Part shown: positions 1 through 14,900 of the stretch, in pieces
Position numbering within the stretch: the stretch's first letter is position 1
How the letters are laid out: each line of letters begins with the position of its first letter
Assembly: GCA_950097015.1 (NCBI GenBank)
Contig: CATNEN010000038.1
Location: 20,894,001 to 20,958,000, forward strand
Length of the DNA: 64,000 bases
DNA from: Macrostomum hystrix
Lineage: Eukaryota; Animalia; Platyhelminthes
Reading direction: 5' to 3'
The notes under the pieces: generated by a model
Database searches by the model: none
Seen by the model: only the letters and a program-made list of their open reading frames with translations
What the model was told of the DNA's origin: nothing
Position numbers and translations under genes: made by a program

Positions 1-1228
1 TGACTTCTCGAGTGACTCATCGAGTGACTTCTCGAGTGACTCATCGAGTGACTTTCAAATGTGACTCATCGAATGACTTTCTAGAGTGACTCATCGAGTG
101 ACGTTCTCGAGTGACTCATCGAGTGACTTCTCGAGTGACTCATCGAGTGACTTTCAGATGTGACTCATCGAGTGACTTTCTAGAGTGACTCATCGAGTGA
201 CGTTCTCGAGTGACTCATCGAGTGACGTTCTAGAGTGACTCATCGAGTGACGTTCTCGAGCGACTCATCAAGTGACGTTCTAGAGTGACTCATCGAGTGA
301 CGTTCTAGAGTGACTCATCGAGTGACGTTCACGAGTGACTCATCAAGTGACGTTCTAGAGTGACTCATCGAGTGACGTTCTAGAGTGACTCATCGAGTGA
401 CGTTCTAGAGTGACTCATCGAGTGACGTTCTAGAGTGACTCATCGAGTGACGTTCTCGAGTGACTCATCGAGTGATTTTCTCGAGTGACTCATCGAGTGA
501 CGTTCTAGAGTGACTCATCGAGTGACGTTCTCGAGTGACTCATCGAGTGACGTTCTAGAGTGACTCATCGAGTGACGTTCTAGAGTGACTCATCGAGTGA
601 CGTTCTCGAGTGACTCATCGAGTGATTTTCTCGAGTGACTCATCGAGTGACGTTCTAGAGTGACTCATCGAGTGACGTTCTCGAGTGACTCATCGAGTGA
701 TTTTCTCGAGTGACTCATCGAGTGACGTTCTAGAGTGACTCATCGAGTGACGTTCTAGAGTGACTCATCGAGTGACGTTCTCGAGTGACTCATCGAGTGA
801 TTTTCTCGAGTGACTCATCGAGTGACGTTCTAGAGTGACTCATCGAGTGACGTTCTCGAGTGACTCATCGAGTGATTTTCTCGAGTGACTCATCGAGTGA
901 CGTTCTAGAGTGACTCATCGAGTGACGTTCTAGAGTGACTCATCGAGTGACGTTCTCGAGTGACTCATCGAGGGACGTTCTAGAGTGACTCATCGAGCGA
1001 CGTTCTAGAGTGACTCATCGAGTGACGTTCTAGAGTGACTCATCGAGTGACGTTCTAGAGTGACTCATCCAGTGACGTTCTCGAGTGACTCATCGAGTGA
1101 TTTTCTCGAGTGATTCATCGAGGGACGTTCTCGAGTGACTCATCGAGTGAATTTCTAGAGTTACTCATCGAGTGACATTCTCGAGTGACTCATCGAGTGA
1201 CGTTCTAGAGTGACTCATCGAGTGACTT
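1..1228. repeat. 25-bp minisatellite (GAGTGACTCATCGAGTGACGTTCTA), runs off the left edge
   Basis: ~49 near-identical units with an internal 12+13 dimer structure. Confidence 0.97.
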
Positions 1229-1693
1229 AACACTTAAAAACAATATTAAATCGAAAACATAACGATAAAAATTAGTTGATTGCTAATTTTAACACCATTG
1301 GTTCTAAAGGAAAAAGTTTAAAAAAAATTGCTGATCGACCCAAAAAAGCATTCAGAAATACAATATCTACTGAATGGCACAACATTGGGTTTTAACCTAC
1401 CAATACCCTGCATTAGCATTAGTTTACTTCATTACTGTGGAAATTTAATCTTCCACTTTTAGCTAAAAAAAGTTTGTCAATCAGTCCTTTTATCTGTAAA
1501 AGCTTCTGAACTAAAAGTGCTTGCAGCTGTATGTAAAACTCTAGTTTTTGGTTTAAAGTAAGTACATTATACGAAGTACTCGCACTTCAAAATTTCGTTT
1601 AGTATGACTAACAGATCATTATAATTTGACGGCACTGAAAGTTGGTTTTAAATCGAAACATTAAAAACACAAAAGGCTTGGTATGCTAAAAAG

Positions 1694-2176
1694 TGGCGTG
1701 AGGTTAGTGTCTGGAGTGGAGTGAGGTTGATGCTGCTGACTGGAGTGGAGTGAGGTTGGTGCTGCTGGCTGGAGTGGAGTGAGGTTGTTGCAGCTGACTA
1801 GAGTGGAGTGAGGTTGATGCTGCTGACTAGAGTGGAGTGAGGTTGATGCTGCTGACTGGAGTGGAGTGAGGTTGGTGCAGCTCGCTGGAGTGGAGTGAGG
1901 TTGGTGCAGCTGGCTGGAGTGGAGTGAGGTTGATGCAGCTGACTGGAGTGGAGTGAGGTTGGTGCAGCTGGCTGGAGTGGAGTGAGGTGGGTGCAGCTGG
2001 CAGGAGTGGAGTGAGGTTGATGCTGATGACTGGAGTGGAGTGAGGTTGGTGCAGCTGGCTGGAGTGGAGTGAGGTTGGTGCAGCTGGCTGGAGTGGAGTG
2101 AGGTTGATGCTGATGACTGGAGTGGAGTGAGGTTGTTGCAGCTGGCTGGAGTGGAGTGAGGTTGTTGCAGCTGACA
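1694..2176. repeat. 29-bp minisatellite (GGAGTGGAGTGAGGTTGGTGCAGCTGGCT)
   Basis: ~16 tandem units. Confidence 0.95.
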
Positions 2177-3434
2177 GAAAAGTGGTGCCCAATTAAACTG
2201 AGGTTTGTATGATGGCAGTGCTTATTAGTTAGTTTTGCAACGCAAGTGAAACAACCCGCATTAACTAGATTTTGAATTGTGGTACCTGGATAATATTCAA
2301 TGGGGAGTGAGAATTCATCGATTGATTGCAATGGATATTTATTTTTTAGTGAGCTCAACACCGTCAGTCACTTGACTACTAGAGTATTATGAGCATAGTG
2401 CTCAAACTCTAACTCCAACCACTCGTCGTGGAATCGGAGACGACCGAGAAGTAGAAGGTAGGCAAGAGATTGGTTACTATAGGCTTAGGAGTTCCTAATG
2501 AGTCCCGAGGTCATTTACTATTCACCTCTTGCCCATATATATAATCGCGTGTGAATAATATATTATTAGACTGTAAACCTGGAGTGTGGCAGTTTGAGAA
2601 TACCAGTGAAAGCAAAACACAGGGCTCCATTGTTCAAAGGCAATTGAGCCAAAGCTGCATAGATTGGTATTAAGATCAATCCAGCTTCGTGTTATTTTGT
2701 TCCAAACAATACCTTGGTTGGAATGGCATTGCTAGTTTGGCGTTATGCATCAGTTGTTAGAGTGGCGATGTGTGTTGCTATGGAAAATCAATTCCCAAAA
2801 GGATATGGACAGAAGTCTAAGTTATATGGACCGCAAATAACTTTGCATATACAAGTATTTTTATTGGCTCCTACTTAGTAGGTAAAAGTAATGGCCATTT
2901 AAAAGTGCATGTCAAGTTGCAGTGAATTGAAGTGAACAGATATAGACTTTTTAACATTGCTTTTGTTGAATTTTAACTGTCTTCCGTAAGACTTTGCTAA
3001 TCTTGGGTAACCCTTGGATACAGGGCATCCGATCAGCTGTTGTCATGTGCGATGACAGGTCACCTGACAGGTTGCTAAGCGGGCAAGTGCTTCCTGAACT
3101 GGCACCCACTCCGTCTTCTTCTTATTATTCTTCAGTTGGTCCGCGATCGGTTTGCAACTTGTGCTAGTAGGTTTGCTGCTTCGACAGAACTGGCACAGGT
3201 GGGATTATGAGTTTAACAGATTTTAGAATAAGCAGCTGGACCAGCGACCATTGCAGCTATGCTGGAATATAATTAGCGCTAGTGTAAGCAGATCTTTCCT
3301 GCGCAATAGCTGGATGCGCGATTTTTGCCAATCTGTCACTCCGAGGAAACATTGTCTGGAGCGAATTGCTTGGGCCAGGGAAACAAGAAGTACATACGGA
3401 TTACTGGAAACTGGGAGAGGTAGTGTGAGATTCG

Positions 3435-4245
3435 GAGAGTGAGAATGAGATGCGGAGAAGGAGAATGAGTTGTAGAGAATGAAAGGTGGAGAGGGAGAAT
3501 GAGAGGTGGAGAGGGAGAATGAGAGGTGGAATGGGAGAATCAGAGGTGGAGTGGGAGAGGGGAGAGTCAGGGAGATGGGGATAGTAAGAGGGAGATAGGG
3601 AGAGAGTGGGAGTGGGAGGGAGGAAAGGTAGAGGGAAGAGAGACGGAGAGGGAGATGGGGAGAGAGAGGGAAGAGAGTGGGAGATGCAGAGGGAGAGTGG
3701 GACATGGAGAGGGAGAGTGGGAGATAGAGAGGGAGAGTGGGAGATGCAGAGGCAGAGTGGGAGATTCAGAGGGAGAGTGGGAGATGGAGAGGGAGAGTGG
3801 GAGATGCAGAGGCAGAGTGGGAGATGGAGAGGGAGAGTGGGAGATGCAGAGGGAGAGTGGGAGATGGAGAGGGAGAGTGGGAGATAGAGAGGGAGAGTGG
3901 GAGATGCAGAGGGAGAGTAGGAGATTCAGAGGGAGAGTGGGAGATGCAGAGGCAGAGTGGGAGATGGAGAGGGAGAGTGGGAGATGGAGAGGGAGAGTGG
4001 GAGATGCAGAGGGAGAGTGGGAGATGGAGAGGGAGAGTGGGAGATGGAGAGGGAGAGTGGGAGATGCAGAGGGAGAGTATGAGATGGAGAGGGAGAGTGG
4101 AAGATGCAGAGGGAGAGTGGGAGATGCAGAGGGAGAGTGGGAGATGCAGAGGGAGAGTGGGAGATGCAGAGGGAGAGTGGAAGATGCAGAGGGAGAGTGG
4201 GAGATGCAGAGGGAGAGTGGGAGATGCAGAGGGAGAGTGGAGAGA
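3435..4245. repeat. Purine-rich 20-bp minisatellite (GAGATGCAGAGGGAGAGTGG) with degenerate 5' part
   Basis: Direct inspection. Confidence 0.95.
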
Positions 4246-5093
4246 CAACATATTGGACGGGTGCAAGATATGTAATATGTAATATGTAATATGTAATGTA
4301 ATATGTAATAAAGCAGATGCGTGGAGAAATATCACGAAACAGAAAATTAGCGGAATAAACATTGGAGGGGAAAAGTTCAAGGGAAAGATATGGGATCCCA
4401 AGAATCCACGCTTCCCTGGGGGCTGGCTGGAGTGATACCGAAAAATCAAAATAAGTCAACAACGATAAGCTGTAATCCCTTGAGATTCTCGGCAAAGAAG
4501 ATTCTCACTTGGTTTTACTCAATTAAGGTCACTCTGAGTCCGCGGTCAATTTAAATTCTTATATTGCTGCCCCATTGTGCCCCCCAGTTGGCTGGTAAAA
4601 TGAAAACAAGATTAATTAAGGACACGGTCGGTTTGACAACTTTTGATTTATGACCAAATCGAGGTTAGGAAAAGAGAAGTCCATTCCACACGACTGGAGC
4701 CCCCGGACTCTGGGGAGAAATGATCCCATCCGAAAAATGAAGATTAAAATTGATGCGGTTGGGAGGAACGCGGCAAAGTTAGTTGGAGATAAACGATCAA
4801 ACCATCGCTATTGGTTGTACCCTGTGTGACGCAATGTGGACTAAATTCAGAAAGCAGAAATACTTTTCATTGGTTTATTCACTTCCTAGTAATTAACATT
4901 TTGCGCTTGTCAGAACTTTTATGACTTATTAGGTTTAACTAAATATCCCAAAATATGATTTCCTCATTTAGTGAAAGCCCCATTTCCTAAATTCTAATTG
5001 CCTAATTTTCTATTACCTGATTTTCCCATTACCTAAATATCCCATTAACTGATTTTCCCATTAGCTAACTAAACTAAACTATACTAAACTGTA

Positions 5094-6432
5094 AGAATGA
5101 CAGGGCAAAAAAATAAACTAAAAGAATGACAAACAGAAAGAATGACAAACTGAAAGAATGTCAAACTGAAAGAATGACAAACTGAAAGAATGTCAAACTG
5201 AAAGAATGACAAACTGAAAGAATGTCAAACTGAAAGAATGACAAACTGAAAGAATGTCAAACTGAAAGAATGACAAACTGAAAGAATGTCAAACTGAAAG
5301 AATGTCAAACTGAAAGAATGACAAACTGAAAGAATGACAAACTGAAAGAATGACAATCCGAAAGAATGACAAACTGAAAGAATGTCAAACTGAAAGAATG
5401 ACAATCCGAAAGAATGACAAACTGAAAGAATGACAATCCGATAGAATGACAAACTGAAAGAATGACAAACTGAAAGATTGACAAACTGAAAGAATGACAA
5501 ACTAAAAGAATGACAAACTGAAAGATTGACAAACTGAAAGATTGACAAACTGAAAGAATGACAAACTAAAAGAATGACAAACTGAAAGAATGACAATCCG
5601 AAAGAATGACAAACTAAAAGAATGACAAACTGAAAGATTGACAAACTGAAAGAATGACAAACTAAAATATTGACAAACTGAAAGAATGACAAACTAAAAT
5701 ATTGACAAACTGAAAGAATGACAATCCGAAAGAATGACAAACTAAAAAAATGACAAACTGAAAGATTGACAAACTGAAAGAATGACAAACTAAAAGAATG
5801 ACAAACTGAAAGAATGACAATCCGAAAGAATGACAAACTGAAAGAATGACAATCCGATAGAATGACAAACTGAAAGAATGACAATCCGAAAGAATGACAA
5901 ACTGAAAGAATGACAAACTGAAAGATTGACAAACTGAAAGAATGACAAACTAAAAGAATGACAAACTGAAAGAATGACAATCCGAAAGAATGACAAACTG
6001 AAAGAATGACAATCCGAAAGAATGACAAACTGAAAGATTGACAAACTGAAAGAATGACAAACTAAAAGAATGACAAACTGAAAGAATGACAATCCGAAAG
6101 AATGACAAACTAAAAGAATGACAAACTGAAAGATTGACAAACTGAAAGAATGACAAACTAAAAGAATGACAAACTGAAAGAATGACAATCCGAAAGAATG
6201 ACAAACTGAAAGAATGACAATCCGAAAGAATGACAAACTGAAAGAATGACAAACTGAAAGAATGACAATCCGATAGAATGACAAACTGAAAGAATGACAA
6301 TCCGATAGAATGACAAACTGAAAGAATGACAATCCGAAAGAATGACAAACTGAAAGATTGACAAACTGAAAGAATGACAAACTGAAAGAATGACAAAACA
6401 AAAAAGAAAATTAGAGCAAAGAATGACAAACT
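5094..6432. repeat. 16-bp minisatellite (TGACAAACTGAAAGAA)
   Basis: ~80 units with variants ACAATCCGA, AAGATTG. Confidence 0.97.
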
Positions 6433-7140
6433 CTACAAACAATGTTAGCAAAAGCAGCGGCAGCAGCAGCAGCAGAGTTCACTAAGAGGGCAGCAGTAAT
6501 GCTTACTAAACTCGCAATCCGTTCAGTTTCTTTATTCTCATTTCTTCAAGACGACGTCCTTCTCAACAATCTCATCATCTGGGACTCGGGGGTCAGCGCC
6601 CAAACCTCGACTAGATTTTTATCTACGATTGGAACACGACTGGCGGCTTACTCTCGCCGCGAGGGAAGAGAATCAGCTACAGATGGGAGCAGCGCACAGG
6701 AAGCGGCGATGTCGGATTGGGGCGAAGATGTTCATTCCTGAGTAGGGTTCGGGGTGGGTGGGTAGCTGAGCGGATGCTCCGGAGGTCCAGATGAAAAAAA
6801 GACATTAGGCAAATTGATTGAATAGGCCATGTTCCAACCATCCTGAAGCTGCTGCTGCTGCTGCTGCAAGCGTTCCTTGTAGTATTTGTAGAAACTCGTA
6901 GTGCGATTAATTTTTTTCCCTCGTTTTAATCCCAAAGCTCGCAGTGTATTTCTTGGCCTGTCTGATTTAATTTCCTTGTCAACTCCGAGTTAGGATTGAA
7001 AAAAAATAACGCCTGAGTACTTTTTAGTTGATAAGCGGTTAATCCGACTCCCTGTCTGTCTGTCTGGCATTCGATTCCTTACTATTATTTCTGTTGCACT
7101 CTCAACCACACCTTCTGATTTCAATTGCACTCATTATTGA

Positions 7141-8335
7141 CACTCATTCACACACTAATTCACCCACCCTCATTCACCCACACTCATTCACACGAACTCA
7201 TTCACTCACCCTCATTCACTCACCCTCATTCACACACCCTCATTCACACATACTCATTTACCCACCCTCATTCACTCACCCTCATTCACACACACTAATT
7301 CACCCACCCTCATTCACCCACACTCATTCACACGAACTCATTCACTCACCCTCATTCACTCACCCTCATTCACACACCCTCATTCACTCACCCTCATTCA
7401 CACACACTCATTCACACACACTCATTCACACACCCTCATTCACACACACTCATTCACTCACCCTCATTCACTCACCCTCATTCACACACACTCATTCACA
7501 CACACTCATTCACACACCCTCATTCACACACACTCATTCACACACACTCATTCACCCACCCTCATTCACACACACTCATTCACACACCCTCATTCACCCA
7601 CCCTCATTCACACACACTCATTCACACACACTCATTCACACACACTCATTCACACACACTCATTCACACACACTCATTCACACACACTCATTTACACATA
7701 CTCATTCACACCCACTCATTCACACACCCTCATTCACCCACCCTCATTCACCCACCCTCATTCACACACACTCATTCACACACACTCATTCACCCACCCT
7801 CATTCACCCACCCTCATTCACTCACCCTCATTCACACACACTCATTCACCCACCCTCATTCACACCCACTCATTCACACACCCTCATTCACCCACCCTCA
7901 TTCACCCACCCTCATTCACTCACCCTCATTCACACACCCTCATTCACCCACCCTCATTCACATACCCTCATTCACACGAACTCATTCACTCACCCTCATT
8001 CACTCACCCTCATTCACCCACCCTCATTCACACACACTCATTCACACCCACTCATTCACACACACACTCATTCACACACCCTCATTCACCCACCCTCATT
8101 CACCCACCCTCATTCACACACACTCATTCACACACACTCATTCACCCACCCTCATTCACACACCCTCATTCACATACCCTCATTCACACGAACTCATTCA
8201 CACACACAATCATTCACACACCCACATTCACTCACCCTCATTCACACACACTCATTCACACACAATCATTCACACACACTTATTCACACACTCATTCACC
8301 CACCCCCATTCACACACTCTTATTCACACACTCAT
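7141..8335. repeat. 14-bp CA-rich minisatellite (CTCATTCACACACA / CTCATTCACCCACC)
   Basis: Direct inspection. Confidence 0.95.
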
Positions 8336-9195
8336 TCCGACACACAAATTAGCAAACTTTTATTCACAAAAAATTAACAAAAAAATCGCACCCAATCATT
8401 CACACACACTCATTCCGACACACAAATTAGTAAACTTTTATTCACAAAAAAATCGCACCCAATCATTCACACAGCCGCATTCACAGACCATTAGTGACTC
8501 AGCCTCAAGTCAAACTGTCCTACTACGGGGAAGTATATGAAATATCTGCTCTGTGTTGACTTCATCGGTTTTTGGAAATGCAGAGGTTAAGCTGCAGTAG
8601 AACTGAAACCACTCCCATTCACTCTAAAACAATGACTGGTGTCACGAAAGCAAAAACTTCTCAATTCCGACTGTCACCAAGACACGCTATCAGCAAATCA
8701 ACCTGTCAATCAATCAATGATTTTCTAAACTTAACTTAACCAGTGAAATTCCAGCTGGGGTTGTTATGCAATGCGAAAGGCGACTAGCGATCTTAATCTA
8801 TCCCGAGAATCCCTTCCACTTGTTGTTGTGGCGTCCAGGGGAAGGAGCGATTGAGCGCGGAAGTCTCCAGATTCACCAAGCCGAGATCCTTCAAATCAAT
8901 TAATCAAGATGTGCAGGGTCAGGGATACGGGATTTGACTGCGTTGAGACTGCAGGAGACGGGATAAATAATGAAAGTGTTCGTCTAGCCCAAACCTAGCT
9001 GTCTATAGTCAGCGGGTTGACGCGACTCCGCTGGCTTCACTTAACTCAGTCAGCCGGAGATAGTAACTGGGGATAAAAAAAGATAGGTGCACGCGATAAT
9101 AGGTAGAAAGATTGAGGATCTTGCGGAATATTGCTGCCGGATTTTGGTAGATAACGATTTATGTGATGGGAAAATACTTTCAAGGGAAAATATAA

Positions 9196-9750
9196 AATGG
9201 ATTGCTAATCTATACCCAGTAAATGAAGGAATGGAATGGATTGCTAATCTATACTAATTGATGAAGGAATAGAATGGATTGCCAATTTATACTCATTGAT
9301 GAAGGAATAGAATGTATTGCTAATCTATACTAATTGATGAAGGAATAGAATGGATTGCTAATTTATACTCATTGATGAAGGAATAGAATGGATTGCTAAT
9401 CTATACTAATTGATGAAGGAATAGAATGGATTGCCAATTTATACTCATTGATGAAGGAATAGAATGGATTGCTAATCTATACTCATTGATGAAGGAATAG
9501 AATGGATTGCTAATCTATACTAATTGATGAAGGAATAGAATGGATTGCCAATTTATACTCATTGATGAAGGAATAGAATGGATTGCTAATCTATACTCAT
9601 TGATGAAGGAATAGAATGGATTGCCAATTTATACTCATTGATGAAGGAATAGAATGGATTGCTAATCTATACTCATTGATGAAGGAATAGAATGGATTGC
9701 TAATCTATACTCATTGATGAAGGAATAGAATGGATTGCTAATCTATACTA
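9196..9750 (+). repeat. 38-bp minisatellite (GAAGGAATAGAATGGATTGCTAATCTATACTCATTGAT)
   Basis: ~14 units; the same family occurs inverted at 19322-19700. Confidence 0.95.
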
Positions 9751-10005
9751 GTGCATCGCATTTCGGACGGGTAACCTTAGGGACTCAGTATTAAAATTCA
9801 GTAAGCTATTGTCAAGGGATCTCAAATTTCAATGGACGCATTGTCATCTCAATAACAATTGTACGCCTTTGTATTTGTACTTTCTTATTGAGCAGTAATT
9901 GACTAGTAAGTTTAACAAGGCTAGTGTCTTCCTAATGGCTGTCAAACAAGCGATGACGATTAAAATTCGCCTTCATTTTCTATTAACTCAAGTTTTATAT
10001 CTTAA

Positions 10006-11262
10006 GTCTCAATTCTCATGTCTCAATTCTCAGGTCTCAATTCTCAGGTCTCAATTCTCAGGTCCCAATTCTCATGTCTCAATTCTCAGGTCTCAATTCT
10101 CAGGTCTCAATTCTCAGGTCTCAATTCTCAGGTGTCAATTCTCAGGTCTCAATTCTCAGGTCTCAATTCTCAGGTGTCAATTCTCAGGTCTCAATTCTCA
10201 GGTCTCAATTCTCAGGTCTCAATTCTCAGGTCTCAATTCTCAGGTCTCAATTCTCAGGTCCCAATTCTCATGTCTCAATTCTCAGGTCTCAATTCTCATG
10301 TCTCAATTCTCAGGTCTCAATTCTCAGGTGTCAATTCTCAGGTCTCAATTCTCAGGTCTCAATTCTCAGGTCTCAATTCTCAGGTCTCAATTCTCAGGTC
10401 TCAATTCTCAGGTCCCAATTCTCATGTCTCAATTCTCAGGTCTCAATTCTCAGGTGTCAATTCTCATGTCTCAATTCTCATGTCTCAATTCTCAGGTCCC
10501 AATTCTCAGGTCTCAATTCTCATGTCTCAATTCTCAGGTCTCAATTCTCAGGTGTCAATTCTCATGTCTCAATTCTCAGGTCCCAATTCTCATGTCTCAA
10601 TTCTCAGGTCCCAATTCTCAGGTCCCAATTCTCATGTCTCAATTCTCAGGTCTCAATTCTCAGGTGTCAATTCTCAGGTCTCAATTCTCAGGTCTCAATT
10701 CTCAGGTCTCAATTCTCAGGTGTCAATTCTCATGTCTCAATTCTCAGGTCTCAATTCTCAGGTCTCAATTCTCAGGTCCCAATTCTCATGTCTCAATTCT
10801 CAGGTCTCAATTCTCAGGTCTCAATTCTCAGGTCTCAATTCTCAGGTGTCAATTCTCAGGTCTCAATTCTCAGGTCTCAATTCTCAGGTCTCAATTCTCA
10901 GGTCTCAATTCTCAGGTGTCAATTCTCAGGTGTCAATTCTCAGGTCTCAATTCTCAGGTCTCAATTCTCAGGTCTCAATTCTCAGGTCTCAATTCTCAGG
11001 TCTCAATTCTCAGGTCTCAATTCTCAGGTCTCAATTCTCAGGTCTCAATTCTCATGTCTCAATTCTCAGGTCTCAATTCTCAGGTGTCAATTCTCAGGTG
11101 TCAATTCTCAGGTCTCAATTCTCAGGTGTCAATTCTCAGGTCTCAATTCTCTGGTCTCAATTCTCAGGTGTCAATTCTCAGGTGTCAATTCTCTGGTCTC
11201 GATTCTCTGGTCTCAATTCTCTGGTCTCAATTCTCTGGTCTCAATTCTCTCAATTTCTCATA
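10006..11262. repeat. 14-bp minisatellite (TCTCAATTCTCAGG)
   Basis: ~89 units. Confidence 0.97.
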
Positions 11263-11584
11263 TTTCTCAGCGTCACATTTCTCATATAATAAGAATCTAT
11301 TATCAGTCGAAAAGTATTTAATAATTTATTATAAATGTACTCATGCGGTGTCTTCACAAAATCACCGTATACTCACAATATTGCCAGTCTTGACAACAGG
11401 CTCATTGTCCTCAAAGAAACAATACCTAACCATATTCAGCTCCTTTGTGTCCTCCCCAATGACTTCTCTCTCTCCCTCTCTCTCTCCCCTGTCAGTCTCT
11501 CACTCTCGATCATTAGCCAGAGAGTGTAAACCTGGCTTAGCGAGGCCAAAATGAAAGCCAGACTCGATCCCACCCACGATCTCT

Positions 11585-11670
11585 CCCTGCCCCAATCCGT
11601 AATCTATCTTTCCTAGCCAATCAGAGGGCGGCATTGATGGCTCTCTCGCTGATCCTGCTTTAAAGCTGTT
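11585..11670. promoter_or_regulatory. Possible promoter-like cluster (CCAAT boxes plus GC box)
   Basis: CCCAATCC, then AGCCAATCAG immediately followed by GGGCGG, then TTTAAA; no associated gene identified. Confidence 0.2.
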
Positions 11671-11904
11671 GGACATGCCGAAATCCTATTGGGATTATTG
11701 GAAAGCAGAATTTAACAATCCTTAACCCCAATCGGAGTTAACACGTTGAATTTTTTCTGTACAAAAGAAAGCAATTTTTAATAGAATACTTAAATCAACG
11801 GTTCTATTCAACGGTAAGCTTGTTTAAATAGTCATCTTTCTAGCAACTTTATTTTTGCTGTCATTCTTAAAAGCCGTAAGGTACGAAACATCGAAATAGA
11901 AGCA

Positions 11905-14900
11905 TATTCTGGAATCGAAGCAGGACCCTTATCTAGAATCTTAGCAGGAATCAATTCTAGAATCGAAGCAGGAATCAATTATAGAATCGAAGCAAGACTT
12001 TTTTGGAATCGAAGCAGGAGCCTCATCTAGTATCGAAGCAGGAGACTTATCAACAAGTAGAGTCAAAGCAAGAGCCTCATCTAGAATCGAAGCAAGAGCC
12101 TTATCTTGAATCGAAGCAAGAGCCTCATCTAGAATCGAAGCAAGAGCCTTATCTAGAATCGAAGCAAGAGCCTTATCTAGAATCGAAGCAAGAGCCTTAT
12201 CTAGAATCGAAGCAAGAGCATTATCTAGAATCGAAGCAAGAGCCTTATCTACGAGTAGAATCGAAGCAAGAGCCTCATCTAGAATCGAAGCAGGAGCCTT
12301 ATCTAGAATCGAAGCAAGAGCCTTATCTAGAATCGAAGCAAGAGCCTCATCTAGAATCGAAGCAAGAGCCTTATCTAGAATCGAAGCAAGAGCCTTATCT
12401 AGAATCGAAGCAAGAGCCTTATCTAGAATCGAAGCAAGAGCATTATCTAGAATCGAAGCAAGGCCTTATCTAGAATCGAAGCAAGAGCCTTATCTAGAAT
12501 CGAAGCAGGAGCCTTATCTAGAATCTAACCAAGAGCCTTATCTTGAATCGAAGCAAGAGCCTTATCTAGAATCGAAGCAAGAGCCTTATCTAGAATCGAA
12601 GCAAGAGACTTATCTAGAATCGAAGCAAGAGCCTCATCTAGAATCGAAGCAAGAGCCTTATCTAGAATCGAAGCAAGAGCCTTATCTAGAATCGAAGCAA
12701 GAGCCTTATCTAGAATCGAAGCAAGAGCCTTATCTAGAATCGAAGCAAGAGCCTTATCTAGAATCAAAGCAAGAGCCTCATCTAGAATCGAAGCAAGAGC
12801 ATTATCTAGAATCGAAGCAAGAGCCTTATCTACGAGTAGAATCGAAGCAAGAGCCTCATCTAGAATCGAAGCAAGAGCCTTATCTAGAATCGAAGCATGA
12901 GCCTCATCTAGAATCGAAGCAAGAGCCTCATCTAGAATCGAAGCAAGAGCCTCATCTAGAATCGAAGCAGGAGCCTTATCTAGAATCGAAGCAGGAGCCT
13001 TATCTAGAATCGAAGCAAGAGCCTTATCTAGAATCGAAGCAAGAGCCTTATCTAGAATCGAAGCAAGAGCCTTATCTAGAATCGAAGCAAGAGCCTTATC
13101 TAGAATCGAAGCAAGAGCCTCATCTAGAATCGAAGAAGGAGCCTTATCTAGAATCGAAGCAAGAGCCTTATCTAGAATCGAAGCAAGAGCCTCATCTAGA
13201 ATCGAAGCAAGAGCCTCATCTAGAATCGAAGCAAGAGCCTTATCTAGAATCGAAGCAAGAGCCTTATCTAGAATCGAAGCAAGAGCCTTATCTAGAATCG
13301 AAGCAAGAGCCTTATCTAGAATCGAAGCAGGAGCCTTATCTAGAATCGAAGCAAGAGCCTCATCTAGAATCGAAGCAAGAGCCTTATCTAGAATCGAAGC
13401 AGGAGCCTTATCTAGAATCTAACCAAGAGCCTTATCTAGAATCGAAGCAAGAGCCTTATCTAGAATCGAAGCAAGAATCTTATCTAGAATCGAAGCAAGA
13501 GCCTCATCTAGAATCGAAGCAAGAGCCTTATCTAGAATCGAAGCAAGAGCCTCATCTAGAATCGAAGCAAGAGCCTCATCTAGAATCGAAGCAAGAGCCT
13601 TATCTAGAATCGAAGCAAGAGCCTTATCTAGAATCGAAGCAAGAGCCTTATCTAGAATCGAAGCAAGAGCCTCATCTAGAATCGAAGCAAGAGCCTTATC
13701 TAGAATCGAAGCAAGAGCCTCATCTAGAATCGAAGCAAGAGCCTTATCTAGAATCGAAGCAGGAGCCTTATCTAGAATCTAACCAAGAGCCTTATCTAGA
13801 ATCGAAGCAAGAGCCTTATCTAGAATCGAAGCAAGAATCTTATCTAGAATCGAAGCAAGAGCCTCATCTAGAATCGAACCAAGAGCCTCATCTAGAATCG
13901 AAGCAGGAGCTTTATCTAGAATTGAAGCAAGAGCCTTATCTAGAATCGAAGCAAGAGCCTTATCTACGAGTAGAATCGAAGCAAGAGCCTTATCTAGAAT
14001 CGAAGCAGGAGCCTTATCTAGAATCGAAGCAGGAGCCTTATCTAGAATCTAACCAAGAGCCTTATCTAGAATCGAAGCAAGAGCCTCATCTAGAATCGAA
14101 GCAAGAGCCTCATCTAGAATCGAAGCAGGAGCCTTATCTAGAATCGAAGCAAGAGCCTCATCTAGAATCGAAGCAGGAGCCTTATCTAGAATCGAAGCAA
14201 GAGCCTCATCTAGAATCGAAGCAAGAGCCTTATCTAGAATCGAAGCAAGAGCCTCATCTAGAATCGAAGCAGGAGCCTTATCTAGAATCGAAGCAAGAGC
14301 CTTATCTAGAATCGAAGCAAGAGCCTCATCTAGAATCGAAGCAGGAGCCTTATCTAGAATCGAAGCAAGAGCCTTATCTACGAGTAGAATCGAAGCAAGA
14401 GCCTTATCTAGAATCGAAGCAAGAGCCTTATCTAGAATCGAAGCAAGAGCCTTATCTAGAATCGAAGCAAGAGCCTTATCTAGAATCGAAGCAGGAGCCT
14501 TATCTAGAATCGAAGCAAGAGCCTTATCTAGAATCGAAGCAAGAGCCTTATCTAGAATCGAAGCAAGAGCCTTATCTAGAATCGAAGCAAGAGCCTTATC
14601 TAGAATCGAAGCAAGAGCCTTATCTAGAATCGAAGCAAGAGCCTTATCTAGAATCGAAGCAAGAGCCTCATCTAGAATCGAAGCAAGAGCCTTATCTAGA
14701 ATCGAAGCAAGAGCCTTATCTAGAATCGAAGCAAGAGCCTCATCTAGAATCGAAGCAAGAGCCTTATCTAGAATCGAAGCAAGAGCCTTATCTAGAATCG
14801 AAGCAGGAGCCTTATCTAGAATCGAAGCAAGAGCCTTATCTAGAATCGAAGCAAGAGCCTTATCTAGAATCGAAGCAAGAGCCTTATCTAGAATCGAAGC

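Noticed and set aside
6442-6935. Ala/Gln-rich short ORFs on both strands
   Set aside because: No recognisable domain or consistent splice sites; may be UTR or an unrecognised exon.
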